Positions 48,661 through 62,037 of a DNA stretch of 64,000 nucleotides are shown one piece after another. This DNA comes from Ruditapes philippinarum (taxonomy: Eukaryota), in contig NW_026857783.1 of the NCBI RefSeq assembly GCF_026571515.1, positions 114,878-178,877 on the forward strand, given 5' to 3'. Under the pieces are notes generated by a model that ran no database searches, had not been told where the DNA came from, and was given only the letters and a program-made list of their open reading frames with translations. How positions within the stretch are numbered: position 1 is the stretch's first letter; every line of letters starts with the position of its first letter. The translations under genes were made by a program, and so were the position numbers.

Positions 48661-51660
48661 TTCTTCTTCTTCTTCCAGTATAAGAGCCGGGATCCAAAAG
48701 GAACGTAATGAGGCTCTGCGAAACTATGTACATGGTGAGATGGAACACTCTTCCTCTCAGCGATAAAAGTTGTAAAAACTGATAAAAATTTATTTACAGA
48801 GACGTTGTGAAGTGAATTTAGATGGAGGCCGGCAGGCGCGCGCGGAAAGCATCCAACGTTTCCGCGGCGGTGACTGTTGATGCCAGGCCATTCCAGTCAA
48901 CAATTGTCCTGGGGAAGAAGGTATTTGTATACATCCTGCCAGTGGTGCGTTCTTGGTAGAAACGTATACGTGTTCTACTGTCACTGGTGTTCTTCTTGGA
49001 TTGGTTACTCAGTGGTAGGTACTTGTCCTTGGGGATGTCTACTAGGTCATGTTGAATGCGATAGAGCATGCCTAACCTTGCTTCCTTCCTTCTCTGTTGG
49101 AGGGTGTTCCAATCCAGGCTCCTCAGCATTCCTGTCATACATCCGGGTGTTCTGGATTTATAGTCATTTTTGACAAAACTGGCTGCACTTTTCTGGATCT
49201 GCTCAAGTGAATCTATGTGTGTCTGAAGATGAGGATCCCAAACCGTTGCTGCATATTCAAGACCTGGGCGTACAAAAGTTGCTGCTTTCAGTTGTGGTGT
49301 ACAATCCTTCATGTTTCTCCTCACAAATCCCAGTGTTCTGTTTCCTTTGGCAGCTACATTCTGTATGTGCTTGTCCCATGAGAGGTTGTTGGAGACACTT
49401 ACACCAAGGTATTTGCTGTGGTCCACTGATTGCAGGACTTGGCCATGAAGTATATATTGTTCCAGTGCTTCAAGATCCTGCTGCAGCCTTGCCTTGCCTT
49501 GTCATTTGTACTCTTGATGACCCTGTACATGAGGCTGTCGTCCGCAAAGAGTCGGATGTCAGATGATGTGCAGTCAGGCATGTTATTTATGAAGGCCAGG
49601 AATAAAAGTGGACCTAGTACGGTTCCCTGGGGAACGCCAGATATAACATCATCTTGGTCAGACTTGGTGCCTTCAAGGACTACCTGTTGCTTGCGGTTAC
49701 TCAGGAAGGTTTTGATCCACTGGCTTAAGGGACCTCTCACGCCATAGAAATCTAGCTTGTAGAGGAACTTTGTCGAACGCCTTCTCGAAGTCGAGTAGAA
49801 TGGCGTCTACTTTGTTACCCGCTGAGAGATACTTCGCGATGGTGTCAACTGTTGTTAAAATTTGAGTTTCGCATGAGCGACGTTTCCTGAAACCATGCTG
49901 GTTGTCTCTCAGTATATGGTTGGTGTCAAAGTGTGACATTATATTACTGTGGACAATGTGTTCCAGGATCTTGCAGGTGATCGATGTAAGTGAGACGGGC
50001 CTATAGTTGGCCGGGATGTGTGTATCTCCCTTTTTGTAGATGGGTACTACATTTGCATCTCTCCAGTCCTGAGGTACTTCAGAAGAGTCTAGGGAAAACT
50101 GGAAAAGGCGGGTAAGTATTGGTGCCAGTTCAGCAGCAGCTAAATGGAGGAACCGGGTCGGAATCTCATCAGGGCCTGCAGCTTTAAATTTATGGCAGTT
50201 AAGATTTTGGAGTAATTTCCGTACTCCTGGTTCCCTAACTGTAATAGATGGCATGCTGGGATGGCTACTTGGTCCCTTGTCAGGTAAGTTCTCTGTGGGT
50301 TCTCGGGTGAAGACAGAGCTGAACTGCTGGTTCAGTATACTGGCCTTGCTCTTGCTGTCACTCCGAATGAAACCAGCAATATTCTTCAGGGGCGCTACAC
50401 CAACTATTTCCTGACCCTTGCTCTTGATGTAGGAATAGAACTTCTTTTTGTTGGCTGGACTACTGTCACTGATGATGTCTTGCATATACTGCCGGCTTGC
50501 TCGTCTTGTGTGCCACTGGACTTCTTTTTGCAGTCGCTTGTAACGATCTCTGTCTCGTTTGGAGTTTGATTTCCTAGCTTTCTTAAAGGCTTTTTGTTTC
50601 CGTCGAATGCTTCTTTTGATGGTGGAATTCATCCATGGATTTGTATATTTAGAACAAGTGAGTTTAGATGGTACTCTCTTGGTTATAATTTCTGTGATGT
50701 TTGTTTTAAAATCATGCCACATCGATTCAATGTCTGTGTATGGGGTGTTCTGGAATTCGGTTGCTAGAGTACGGGTGTCTTCTTTGATGGCATTAAGGTC
50801 CGCCTTCTTCCATAGTAGTATTTTCCGTCTTGCTGGGCGTGGATGGTATGTTTGGATCGAAGTGTCGAGGAGCACAATGTCATGATCGCTGTTCCCTATC
50901 GAGGGCATAGGTTTACATCTCATCTTGAAGCTGGAGTGGGTGGTCAGGATCAGATCTAGTATCTTGTCTTTCCTGGTTGGAAAATCCACTTATTGTTCTA
51001 GGTTGGAGTCAGCTATCATATCTAGGAAGTGTTTGCTGGTGCTCTGTGGGTACTGGGATCCAGATATATCAAGAGTTTTCCAGTCTATGTCTGGTAAATT
51101 GAAGTCGCCCCCAATAATAAATATGCTGTTCTTCGATTTGGACTTCAAACTGCTAATCTCTTCTGTTGATTTTGAGAGGTATTCAGAATCAGTCCTGTTT
51201 GGTGGTCTGTAGTAGGTTGCTTTTGTGATGTTTTTGGATCCTGACTTGATGGTGCCACTAACCAGTTCTGTGTTACTGCTCTTGTAGATGTCGTGTAGCA
51301 GGAGATGTTGTTTTGCCGCTATAAGGACTCCACCATGGGGGTTTTCAGGTCTGTCTCTCCGCTGTATGTCATAGCCAAGGTCACTTGGCAGTATTTCGCT
51401 AGAGGCAACTTGACTGTCCAGCCAGGTTTCTGTGCCTAAAATAACATCTGGGTCGCAGTCTAGTATGATTGACTCAAGGAGTTTCCCTTTCTTACGTAGG
51501 CTCTGGAAGTTTATATTAAGAAGGCGTAGCATGTTTTTCTTCGCGGTGGATTTGGCTGAGGTTTGCTGAGGCTTAGGTGAGGAGGTAATTATGTTTGCAC
51601 CAGAGAGGTTGAAGGTAGAGTTGCTGTGTTCAGTACTCACGCTAGATCTGGACTGCATTG
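48661..51660 (-). mobile_element. Non-LTR retrotransposon (APE endonuclease plus reverse transcriptase; CR1/L2/RTE-like), decayed, about 3 kb
   Basis: Collinear minus-strand ORFs. The 222-aa ORF at 50990-51658 has APE-type endonuclease motifs (ILGTETWLD, GGDFN). The 430-aa ORF at 49697-50989 and the 113-aa ORF at 49399-49740 hold the RT, with FRKRRSCETQI...LDFEKAFDKV and VPQGTVLGPLLF...FADDSLMY. The 202-aa ORF at 48818-49426 is the C-terminal domain. Adjacent ORFs are separated by one stop and two frameshifts. A (GAA)5 microsatellite tail lies at the element's 3' end (plus 48661-48675). Confidence 0.85.
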
Positions 51661-53730
51661 ATATGTCTGAAACACTGTATGAAAAAGAGGGGTTGGGTTG
51701 ATCATTTACATGAACAAAATTACTATTACCAGTTTAATATATATAATATTCATCAATTTTGTTTTTGAAAAAGCTGTTTAAGGGGAGATTATTTCATGGT
51801 AATTTGGCCATTGTTTTAGTGGCAAGACAAATTTGCCGTCTGTGCTTTGGGGGTAATTTTGAATAATCAGTAGTTTTATTACGTACAGTAGTTCTTTTTT
51901 GCATTTTTTTGCCTTGAAACACATTTATATAATATTGTAATATAAATTTTAAATCATCTTGCTTAAACAAAATACATGTTTATGAAACGCTGCTTTAATT
52001 ACCACTAAACAGTACAGTACCCATTCATTTGATCACAATGAACTTTTTAGATAGTGCATGTGTTAAACTTTTAATGTGGGTATATATATGTCAGATGACG
52101 TTACTTTTATTTTAAGCGATGACATTTTGGCGGGTGATTCCTGATCAAGTAAACGATTTTTAACTTATGTATAAAGAAAACCAAGCGTCCAATAACCAAG
52201 ATTTCGAGAAAACTAAAAAAAAAACGAGGAAGTGTACATCATTTTTATTTTATACAGCGTGTAGATTTTGACAACACAGGTAAACATTTTCATAAAGCAG
52301 TTTAGTTAATTTCCGGTTAATTACTACAAGATTTTCTCTGATACTTTTCCTTTTAAATTCTAAAAAGATGAGAAATATGTGGTACATTGTTCGGATAAAA
52401 TAATTTCGCCGGCGCGGTGACAGTGTGACTGTGTGAAGGTAAATAAAACAGTTAACACAGTTCTGCCTTATGTTTTGTATGTACATTCTTTTTATAACAA
52501 GTTATATCAAATCAATAATAATATAACTCATTTCATTTGACTAAGTTTAACTTTATAACAAATACGGTAGCTTTCTACCTAATCAAGTGTGAACGGTTTG
52601 ACCCATTTTACAGACTTGTTTTTGTTTTTCTGTCAAACTTGGAAAAAACAGAATTTTTCATCACAAAATTAACCCAATGCTTTTTATTTTTACAAGTCTG
52701 ACTAGTAACTTAACATGCTGAATGAGTGTGATGGATTTGCCAAAGTTTAAATTTGGAGCAGTTGATACAAATTTAAATTACATGAAATAAAACATATACA
52801 TGTATACATGTTTATCACATACCCGTGCTGATTTTGGAACTCTGTAAACTGGTATTGCACGACTGTGCATAAATTTTGATGTGATGTCATTTGCCTTATA
52901 GAAACAATAGGGTAAAGACACACTAAATGTTAGCATTACACTATAGGACAATAGGTGTGTCAATGAAAAATGATTCTTTGCACTTTAAACAGTCTTTGTA
53001 TCATAGTTTGGGGACCTTTCTGTAGAAAATTTGTCAGAGTTAAATCGTATACAAATACATGCACATTGCGTTAACTATAGTGCAGGTATATGTTACCCCC
53101 ACTCCAGAGCATGCCCATTGATTGGTTCATTTTTGCTGGGGTTATTTATTGTGAAGACAGAGAAAGGGAAAGCAATAGAAATGTCATATTCAGATGCTTG
53201 TTCATTGGTTACTTTTTTCTGGGGTTTCATATTGTGACTTAAGGGATTGTGTTTTTATGTTTGACTATGATACCAAAGAGAAGTATGCCCTCTCTTACTA
53301 ATCAGATAGCCTCGTGTTTTGATGCTTTTTCTATTACTTATTTCGGGTATGTGATAAATAGAAACATTATATTCATGTAGGTTCATTACTGGATTTATTG
53401 AAATTGTTTAATAAAATAATGTTTTGCTTGCCCGAGGCTTTTTTTTAACTTGTTCATGAATGCCTGCTAGTTATAATTAGAATTGATTGCTAAGCAGTTT
53501 CAAGTACATGTAGACTGATGTAGATGTTCAATAAATTCAGTATTGAGCCTACAGTCATCCAATATCCTTACATACACAATATAATTACAATCAAGTACAA
53601 AAAAGGACTTAGTAGAAAACTATGAGCTTTTTTAAAATAACTTTTTTACTTGAGGATAATAAATCTATATTATAGATGTTTGTACTGTATTTAATGATAG
53701 AAAAACTTATTGCCTCGCAACTAAAACCCC

Positions 53731-54312
53731 TGTCACACTAGGTCAGCGTTCTCACAGCGTCCAAAGAAAATTCAGAATGCCGAGATGAGTGCAGTAACAT
53801 CGCCACAGCATCACTATGGCATCATAGTGGCATCACATAGAACACCAACCAATGGCGAGCATTTTAAGCATGCTCAAAACAAAAGCCTACCCTCAACGTT
53901 TTGATAGGAGTGCAGTAAGTTTGTCGTAGCAACTCAGTAGCATCTCCTACAACACAACAGGAGCGTCTTGAAAGCATAAAAGGAAGGCCGAATGAACTCG
54001 GCAGTTATCCACAACGCTTGTATGGAGATTGTGCGGCGTCTCTTCCATGCTTATACTGTGTGTGCACAGCGCTATTACGGAGCTTTACAATTTCACTGCA
54101 GTGTTAGCTCCGTAAAAGTGCAGTGGAAGCTCAAGGAATGCAGTAGAAGCGCATTTCGAATGCAGACAATCGCTAATTAAAACGTTTTGAAGCTCCTAAT
54201 CATCGCTGTGATTGCAATGAGGATACCGTGAAGTCTCCATGTTATCAAAAATATCTCATTTTTTTATTGCTATCCCATGGTGCTTTGTTAGTTAAAGCAC
54301 AGTCTAGTGTGA
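53731..54312. mobile_element. Possible non-autonomous element of about 580 bp, GC-richer than its flanks, with short terminal inverted repeats
   Basis: cctgtcacactaggtcagcg at the left end and cacagtctagtgtgaggctgagg at the right share the inverted core tcacactag. Internal imperfect subrepeats such as gcagtaacatcgccacagcatcac and gcagtaagtttgtcgtagcaactcag are present. Confidence 0.35.
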
Positions 54313-55526
54313 GGCTGAGGGCCTCAAGTTAACAGTCACTACATGTAGTTATAAGTACAAAGAATTTTACTTGTAAATATTTTTTGTTGATTTGTTATTC
54401 TTAATAGAAGTTGGAACACGACACTCATTGTGGCAAAATCTGTTATATTGTGTTTTATACAAGGAAAATATGTGTGAAATAGTATATTTAAATGAGATGA
54501 TTTATTTCCCTCATGGAAAAAATTACCATCCTTGATTTTATGTCTTTTGGTGAAATTGTACCTTCTGATTAATTTCATTTTGATCTCTGTTTAGTTTTCT
54601 GTTAAAGCTGCATGCATCCAGATAAGTCAAAATATTTCATGAAAATCAAACTTCAGAAAAAAAAAAGTACTAAGGATTTAAGAAAAGTACTCAAGAATAA
54701 TTAACATGCTATTTATTGTGTGATTAATGACTGACTTTGCAGTATTTATCACCATATTTTTACTGTTTGGCTAATGCAGTTAGGGATATTTTTGCATATT
54801 TTGACTGCTTTTTGGTATTTAGTGACAGAGATTAAAAGTGCTGTTTGTTATGTATAAATGACTTTCTTTGTTCCCTTCACAATATTTTACTTTTAAACAC
54901 ATTTTCAAAATATCCATGAAAATTAGCATGAATTTGGATGCATTATTCTTGAAATGATTTACAGTTTCTTTGAAGAAAAATAATTAATTCTTACCCAGGA
55001 GGAACAATTTAATGTGTTAAGTATTTGCCACCAGTAAAGAGCTAGGGCAGCGTACTTATTGGTCAGTTATTCTCAAGGCCATTATGTCCTAATCCCCCCA
55101 CCTCCAATGGTATACCAGGACCAGGGGAGATAAGTGAAATTGTTACATTTAGTCTGTACCAGCATTGACAGATCTATGTGGTGGTTTCGATTTGGTGCCA
55201 AAATAGATGGGGATGGGGGGAGCTATGTCCAACTCTTGAGTGTGGGTGCAATTATTGACAATTAAGGGGTATATTACCTGACTATCCCTGAAGGCAGGGC
55301 CTTTACCAGGGGTTTGATATTACAAAAGTGCCACTGTTCCCCAGTGATGGAACCTTTAATGTTATACAAATATATTGACTTGTGCATGTATTACAATAAT
55401 TACGGAGGAGGAAAGATATTGACACATCTTTTTCATAAAATCTTGTAAGCATTTTGCAGTCTTATAATACATACATGTATGTATATAATACAGGTATTTC
55501 AGGTGTTCAGCCATTAGATACTGATC

Positions 55527-55655
55527 ATGGCTCTGTTTGAAGGATGCCAGATTGTTTTAGATCTGACCACAGCAGTCAGGTTTAAGGAGAAGACTCAGAT
55601 GAGGAAAGACATTACATCCAATGGAGGAATTGTGTCTTTCATTGTCACTAAGAAG
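55527..55655 (+). CDS. PARP4: PARP4 (vault PARP)-like protein, exon 1: the N-terminal half of the BRCT domain (MALFEGCQIVLDLTTAVRFKEKTQMRKDITSNGGIVSFIVTKK)
   Basis: ATG at 55527. Donor AAG|gtaaaa in phase 0. It resembles the human PARP4 N-terminus MVMGIFANCIFCLKVKYLPQQQKKKLQTDIKENGGKFSFSLNPQ. Confidence 0.65.
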
Positions 55656-55949
55656 GTAAAAAATTACATCTATATACTAGGTAAACCATATTATATTCTG
55701 GTACAAAACCAAGTGTCTGACTAAATGACATAAGTAGTTACATGTACCTTTGTGATACATTTTAGCAGGAAAGGCTATACTACATGTACCATAATTATAC
55801 CCCAAATGAAAATGGGTCATTTTCATAAACAAATTGAAAAAAAAATAATAAGGTAACATAGAATGTTTTGTTTAACTGAAAAGAAAAAAAAAATGTTTTA
55901 TTTTGTGTGATTTTGTAAGAAATATTACAATTTACTATTTTCAGGGGCA

Positions 55950-58235
55950 CTAAATAGTAAATACCCAAATATACCCAATTACACCCAAATATACCCAAAT
56001 ATAGCAATATTCATTTTTGTTTGTATAAAATACAGATTATAATTTGAAAATGAATCAATATTAATAAAAATAATATTACTTAGTCAGCTATAACTTTCAT
56101 TCATTCCGTTAAAATGGGCAGTTTAAATGTTGTAAGAAAATAAACTTGTGACATTTGCTTATCTAGGTTCATTACTGAATATACTTGCAAATTAAAATAA
56201 AGATATGATAATATTTGTTGTCTACATTTAATTTTTAGCTCACCTGAGCATGCTCAGGGTGAGCTTTTAGGATCGATGATTGTCCGTCGTCCGTCCGTCC
56301 GTCGTCCGTTCACATTTTGTTGTTAACACTCTAGCTGTCGCATTTTTGCCTCAATCATCATCAAACTTGGTCAGGATGCTTATCTAGTTGATAGCTCAGA
56401 TGAGTTCGAACATGGGTCATCTCGGATGAAAAACTAGGTCACAAGAGCTAAAAATAGAAAAACCTTGTTAACACTCTAGAGGTCTGGTCACATTTTTGCC
56501 TCAATCATCATCAAACTTGGTCAGGATGTTTGTCTAGGTGATAGCTCGGATGAGTTCGAACATGGGTCATCTCGGATGAAAAAGTAGGTCACCGGAACTA
56601 CAAATAGAAAAACCTTGTTAACACTCTAGCGGTCACATTTTTGTCTCAATCATCATCAAACTTGGTCAGGATGCTTGTCTAGGTTACAGATAGCTCGGAT
56701 GAGTTCGAACATGGGTCATCTCAGATGAAAAACTAGGTCACCGGAGCTAAAAATAGAAAAACCTTGTTAACACTCCAGCGGTCACATTTTTGCCTCAATC
56801 ATCATCAAACTTGGTCAGGATGCTTGTCTAGGTTACAGATAGCTCGGATGAGTTCGAACATGGGTCATCTCGGATGAAAAAGTAGGTCACTGGAGCTAAA
56901 AATAGAAAAACCTTGTTAACACTCTAGCAGTCACATTTTTGCATCAATCATCATCAAACTTGGTCAAGATGCTTGTCTAGGTGATAGCTTGGATGAAGTT
57001 GAACATGAGTAATCCTGGATGAAAACCTAGGTCACCGGAGCTAAAAATATAAAAACCTTGTTAACACTCCAGCAGTCACATTTTTGCCTCAATCATCATC
57101 AAACTTGGTCAGGATGCTTATCTAGTTGATAGCTCGGATGAGTTCGAACATGGGTCATCTCGGATGAAAAACTAGGTCACAAGAGCTAAAAATAGAAAAA
57201 CCTTGTTAACACTCTAGAGTAGGTCACAATTTTGCCTCAATCATCATCAAACTTGGTAAGGATGTTTGTCTAGGTGATAGCTTGGATGAGTTGGAACATG
57301 GGTCATCTCGGATGAAAAACTAGGTCACAGGAGCTAAAAATAGAAAACTCTTGTTAACACTCTAGTGGCTCTTGTTTTGATCCAAATATCCTGTAAATTG
57401 GTCTGAAAGTTTGTTTTGATGATTTCTAAGTCAAGTTCGAACATGGGTCATCTTGGATGAAAAACTAGGTCACACCGCCCAAATATGGAAAAACCTTGTT
57501 AACATTCTAGTGGTCACATTTTCGACTCAATTATCATCAAACTTGGTCAGGATGCTTGTCTAGGTAATTGCTCGGATGAGTTCGAAATCGCATGTGAAAC
57601 TAGGTCACTGGAGCTAAAAATAGAAAAATCTTGTTAACACTCTAGTTGCTACTGTTTTGATCCAAATATCCTGGAAATTGGTCTGAAAGTTTGTTTTGAT
57701 GATTTCTAGGTCAAGTTTGAATATGGGTCACCTGGGTAAAAAACTAGGTCACACTGCTCAAATATGGTTAATCCTTGTTAACACTGTAGTGGTCACATTT
57801 TTCACTCATCTGTCATGAGACTTGGTCAGAATGCTTGTCTAGGTAATTGTTTGGATGAGTTTGATGGGTCAGGTGAGCGATCTAGGGCCATCATGGCCCT
57901 CTTGTTTAGAGTATTATTAAAATTTTGTTGAAATTTCATACAAGTGTCCATCACATTATTTTTTTTTTGAAAATTTAATATAGCTTTAATGAAGTGTACT
58001 GTACTGTATTTGGGTATATTTTGGTTCAAAACACAATGATAGGAAAATGTATATTTGGGTATGTTTGTCTTTGTTTGATCAATCTCAGTGAAAGTGTATA
58101 TTGTAATTCATAATTAAAACAGCACTTTTTTTTGTATAAAACATTCATTTTTGGTATATTTGAGCAATATTTGGGTATATTTGGGCAATATTGGCAATAT
58201 TTAGGTGTATTTGGGTATATTTGGGTATTTCATGC
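55950..58235. mobile_element. Foldback-type element of about 2.3 kb: TIRs of about 80 bp flank a 150-bp tandem array of about 11 copies; it lies in PARP4-like intron 1
   Basis: Left TIR aaatacccaaatatacccaattacacccaaatatacccaaatatagcaatattcatttttg. Right TIR caaaaatgaatgtt..gagcaatatttgggtatatttgggcaatatt..ggtgtatttgggtatatttgggtatttc. The internal array at 56300-57890 repeats the unit ttgttaacactctagcggtcacatttttgcctcaatcatcatcaaacttggtcaggatgcttgtctagg..gatagctcggatgagttcgaacatgggtcatctcggatgaaaaactaggtcaccggagctaaaaatagaaaaacc. A perfect 12-bp-stem hairpin gctcacctgagcatgctcagggtgagc at 56238-56265 precedes the array. Confidence 0.8.
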
Positions 58236-59151
58236 TGCCAACTATTTCTATGTGTCAAAAATTATTACAGCCACTACTCTATATATAGAGGATATTTGTT
58301 TGTTTCAGTGTAAGATCGAAAAATATTTCACCGAGTGAACACCAGATGCAATATTTTCCACGAGTGGCGTAGCCACGAGTGAAAATATAATAGCTGGGGT
58401 TCACTAGTGAAATATTATTTGATCTTACATGTAAAACAAACAAATTTTCTGTTTATTTCATGATTTTTTAACGATTTTTACACCATTTTACTGATTTTTG
58501 CCGCGTAACGTCATGCTCTTATCTTCATGACGTCATGAAATAATGACGTCACAATGTTGAAGCAAAATATAATTCCATGATTATTTTTAGATTTTAGATG
58601 TTTTTCAGCACAACGTTCGTAAATATTTACAAACTACAGTTATCACGTACATTTTTTATTATGATTGACTACAATTCCGCTGAAAAAAACATTCATTAAT
58701 GATAAATATTTTATTTTTACGCCAAATATAGTTCGGCTACTGTGAAATTATATTTGGTAATCATTACTGTGAAATTATCAGAATATAATTAACCGTTATA
58801 ATTCAGTAATCTACTGCAAAACATGTAATAAAATGTCATAACTCAGAAGTTTTAGGCATTGTAAAACAGTATGACTGTCACATACAAGATACAGATCCAT
58901 AGCTCCATACTAAGTTTAAGGTCACATTTAGAGGTCAAAAGTATCTAGTAAATGGTATCTATAACTTGTGTCAACTCATTATTTTTGTTATTTCTTTATA
59001 TATTGTGAGATTCTGTAGGAAAAAAAGACAGCATGTAAATTGTTTTATCAAAACCTGTTTAAGCTTGACATCATTAAATTTTAGAGCCTGTAAATTTACT
59101 TAATAGTTAATGCCTTGACAAATTGCTCTTTTTTTTATTTATTTTATGTAG

Positions 59152-59350
59152 AGTACACATGTTGTATGCAATGATGCAGAAAAAGCAGAGTTCTCATATA
59201 AATGCAAAACGGCTGCCAAGTATGGTATTCCGGTTGTTTCGGTTCCCTGGATAAATAAGAGCATTGAAGCCGGTCACCTGCTGAACACAGATGACTTCCT
59301 GGTCATGGGAATATCAAAATCTGAGGCTCTTAAGGAAGGAAAAATATCAG
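59152..59350 (+). CDS. PARP4: PARP4-like protein, exon 2: C-terminal half of the BRCT domain (STHVVCNDAEKAEFSYKCKTAAKYGIPVVSVPWINKSIEAGHLLNTDDFLVMGISKSEALKEGKIS)
   Basis: Acceptor ttttatgtag. Donor TCAG|gtaact in phase 1. It carries the BRCT hallmarks THVV...W(I/L)..(S/C)I..G.LL and resembles PARP4 CTHIILDNADV...IANPDFIWKSIREKRLL. Confidence 0.75.
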
Positions 59351-59524
59351 GTAACTTTTATCTTAAGCAAGTTATACTATTAAACTTTTGACAGAATAAA
59401 AATTTTGTGCATCAGTTGTTTTTTTTTGACATGCTATCATGCTATTATATTCTTGATTGTTGAGAATTTTCTTCCTACTGAAAAAATGTCATACTTTAAA
59501 ACTTTGGAGTTTATGCTTGAGCTC

Positions 59525-61586
59525 AGACATGATGTTGTACTGGAGAACTGACATGATGTTGTACTGGAGAACTGACATGATGTTGTACTGGAGAACTGAC
59601 ATGATGTTATACTGGAGATCTGACATGATATTATACTGGAGGTAAGACATGATGTTATACTGGAGGTCTGACATGATGTTATACTGGAGGTCTGACATGA
59701 TGTTATACTGGAGGTCTGACATGATGTTATACTGGAGGTCTGATATGATGTTATACTGGAGATCTGAGATGATGTTATACTGGAGTTCTGACATGATGTT
59801 ATACTGGAGGTCTGACGTGACATTATACTGGAGTTCTGACATGATGTTAGACTGGAGGTAAGACATGATGTTATACTGGAGGTCTGAGATGATGTTATAC
59901 TGGAGATCTGACATCTTTTATACTGGAGTTCTGACATGATGTTATACTGGAGGTCTGACATGATATTATATTGGGATTCTGATATGATGTTATACTGGAG
60001 TTCTGATATGATGTTATACTGGAAGTCTGACATGATGTTATACTGGAGGTCTGACATGATGTTATACTGGAGGTCTGACATGATGTTATACTGGAGTTCT
60101 GACATGATGTTATACTGAAGGTCTGACATGATGTTATACGGAGATCTGACATGATGTTATACGGGAGATCTGACATGATGTTATACGGGAGGTCTGACAT
60201 GATGTTATACGAGAGGTCTGACATGATGTTACATTAGAGGTCTGACATGATGTTATACTGGAGGTCTGACATGATGTTATACTGGAGGTCTGACATGATG
60301 TTATACTGGAGGTCTGACATGATGTTATACTGGAGTTCTGACATGATGTTATACGGGAGGTCTGACATGATGTTATACGGGAGGTCTGACATGATGTTAT
60401 ACTGGAGGTCTGACATGATGTTATACGAGAGGTCTGACATGATGTTACATTAGAGGTCTGACATGATGTTACATTAGAGGTCTGACATGATGTTATACTG
60501 GAGATCTGACATGATGTTATACTGGAAGTCTGACATGATGTTATACTGGAGGTCTGACATGATGTTATACTGGAGGTCTGACATGATGTTATACTGGAGT
60601 TCTGACATGATGTTATACTGAAGGTCTGACATGATGTTATACGGGAGATCTGACATGATGTTATACGGGAGATCTGACATGATGTTATACGGGAGGTCTG
60701 ACATGATGTTATACGAGAGGTCTGACATGATGTTACATTAGAGGTCTGACAATGATGTTATACGGGAGGTCTGACATGATGTTATACGGAGGTCTGACAT
60801 GATGTTATACGAGAGGTCTGACATGATGTTACATTAGAGGTCTGACATGATGTTACATTAGAGGTCTGACATGATGTTATACTGGAGGTCTGACATGATG
60901 TTATACTGAAGGTCTGACATGATGTTACACTGGAGTTCTGACATGATGTGATACTGGAGGTCTGACATGATGTTATACGAGAGGTCTGACATGATGTTTA
61001 TACGGGAGGTCTGACATGATGTTACATTAGAGGTCTGACATGATGTTATACTGGAGAACTGACATGATGTTAGATAGGAGATCTAACATAATGTCATACT
61101 GGAGAACTGACATGATGTTAGACAGGAGATCTGACATGATGTTATACTGAAGGTCAGATATGATGTTAGACAGGAGATCTGACATAATGTTTTACTGGAG
61201 GTCTGACATAATGTTATACTGGAGGTCTGACATAATGTTGTTCTGGAGGTCAGACATGATGTTGTTCTGGAGATCTGACATGATGTTGTACTGGAGAACT
61301 GACATGATGTTGTACTGGAGAACTGACATGATGTTGTACTGGAGAACTGACATGATGTTATACTGGAGGTCTGACATAATTAGACATAATGTTGTTCTGG
61401 AGATCTGACATGATGTTGTACTAGAGAACTGACATGATGTTGCACTGGAGAACTGACATGATGTTATACTTGAGGTCTGACATAATGTTATACTGGAGGT
61501 CTGACATAATTAGACATAATGTTGTTCTGGAGATCTGACATGATGTTGTACTGGAGAACTGACATGATGTTGTACTGGAGATCTGA
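59525..61586. repeat. 24-bp minisatellite of about 86 copies spanning about 2.06 kb, in PARP4-like intron 2
   Basis: The unit gacatgatgtt(a/g)tactggag(g/a/t)(t/a)ct recurs with subfamilies TATACTGGAGGTCT, TGTACTGGAGAACT and TATACGGGAGATCT. All supplied ORFs within it (MMLYWRSD.. and MSDLQYNI..) are repeat translations. Confidence 0.95.
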
Positions 61587-61888
61587 CAAGAGAAAACTGA
61601 CACAAATAAGTACAATGGGCTTGTAGCGACAAGTTATTGGCAACAAGTTATTTAAAAAAAAATGCTATTTGTAGCTCAGTTTTAACATCTTGATATTGAA
61701 AAGCTGTAAACTTTAAATTGACGGTTTCAGTTTCAAAGTAGGACAAAACCATTTAGTAAGTTAAGGGCCTAGAGATAAATGTCTTTTGGAATCACAGTAA
61801 TCTGTTTATATAATCAGTAGCTCTGGTTTCATTAAAAAAATGAATATTTATCTTATTATAACAACCATTGTTTAAAACTTTCTTTCAG

Positions 61889-62037
61889 CCTCAAAATTTC
61901 AAAAGAAGGACAAAAAGAAAACAGTCAAACCATTTATTAATGTTGGCAGCATTAAAGTGTGGAAACCAGATGACAAAAATTGCCCATCTTTCACAAGGGA
62001 ATTCCAAATTGCCAAGTTTGCACTCTTCAAAGGAGAG
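61889..62037 (+). CDS. PARP4: PARP4-like protein, exon 3 ((A)SKFQKKDKKKTVKPFINVGSIKVWKPDDKNCPSFTREFQIAKFALFKGE)
   Basis: Acceptor tttctttcag in phase 1. Donor GAG|gtaaaa in phase 0. It resembles PARP4 ...PHLPQDFEVAKYNTLEKVG. The supplied 82-aa ORF at 61980-62228 is in a different frame and is spurious. Confidence 0.65.

Noticed and set aside
59437-61615. About 12 supplied ORFs (60-230 aa) on both strands, such as MSDLQYNIMS... and MMLYWRSD...
   Set aside because: They are translations of the 24-bp minisatellite, which is periodic and low-complexity and has no protein similarity.
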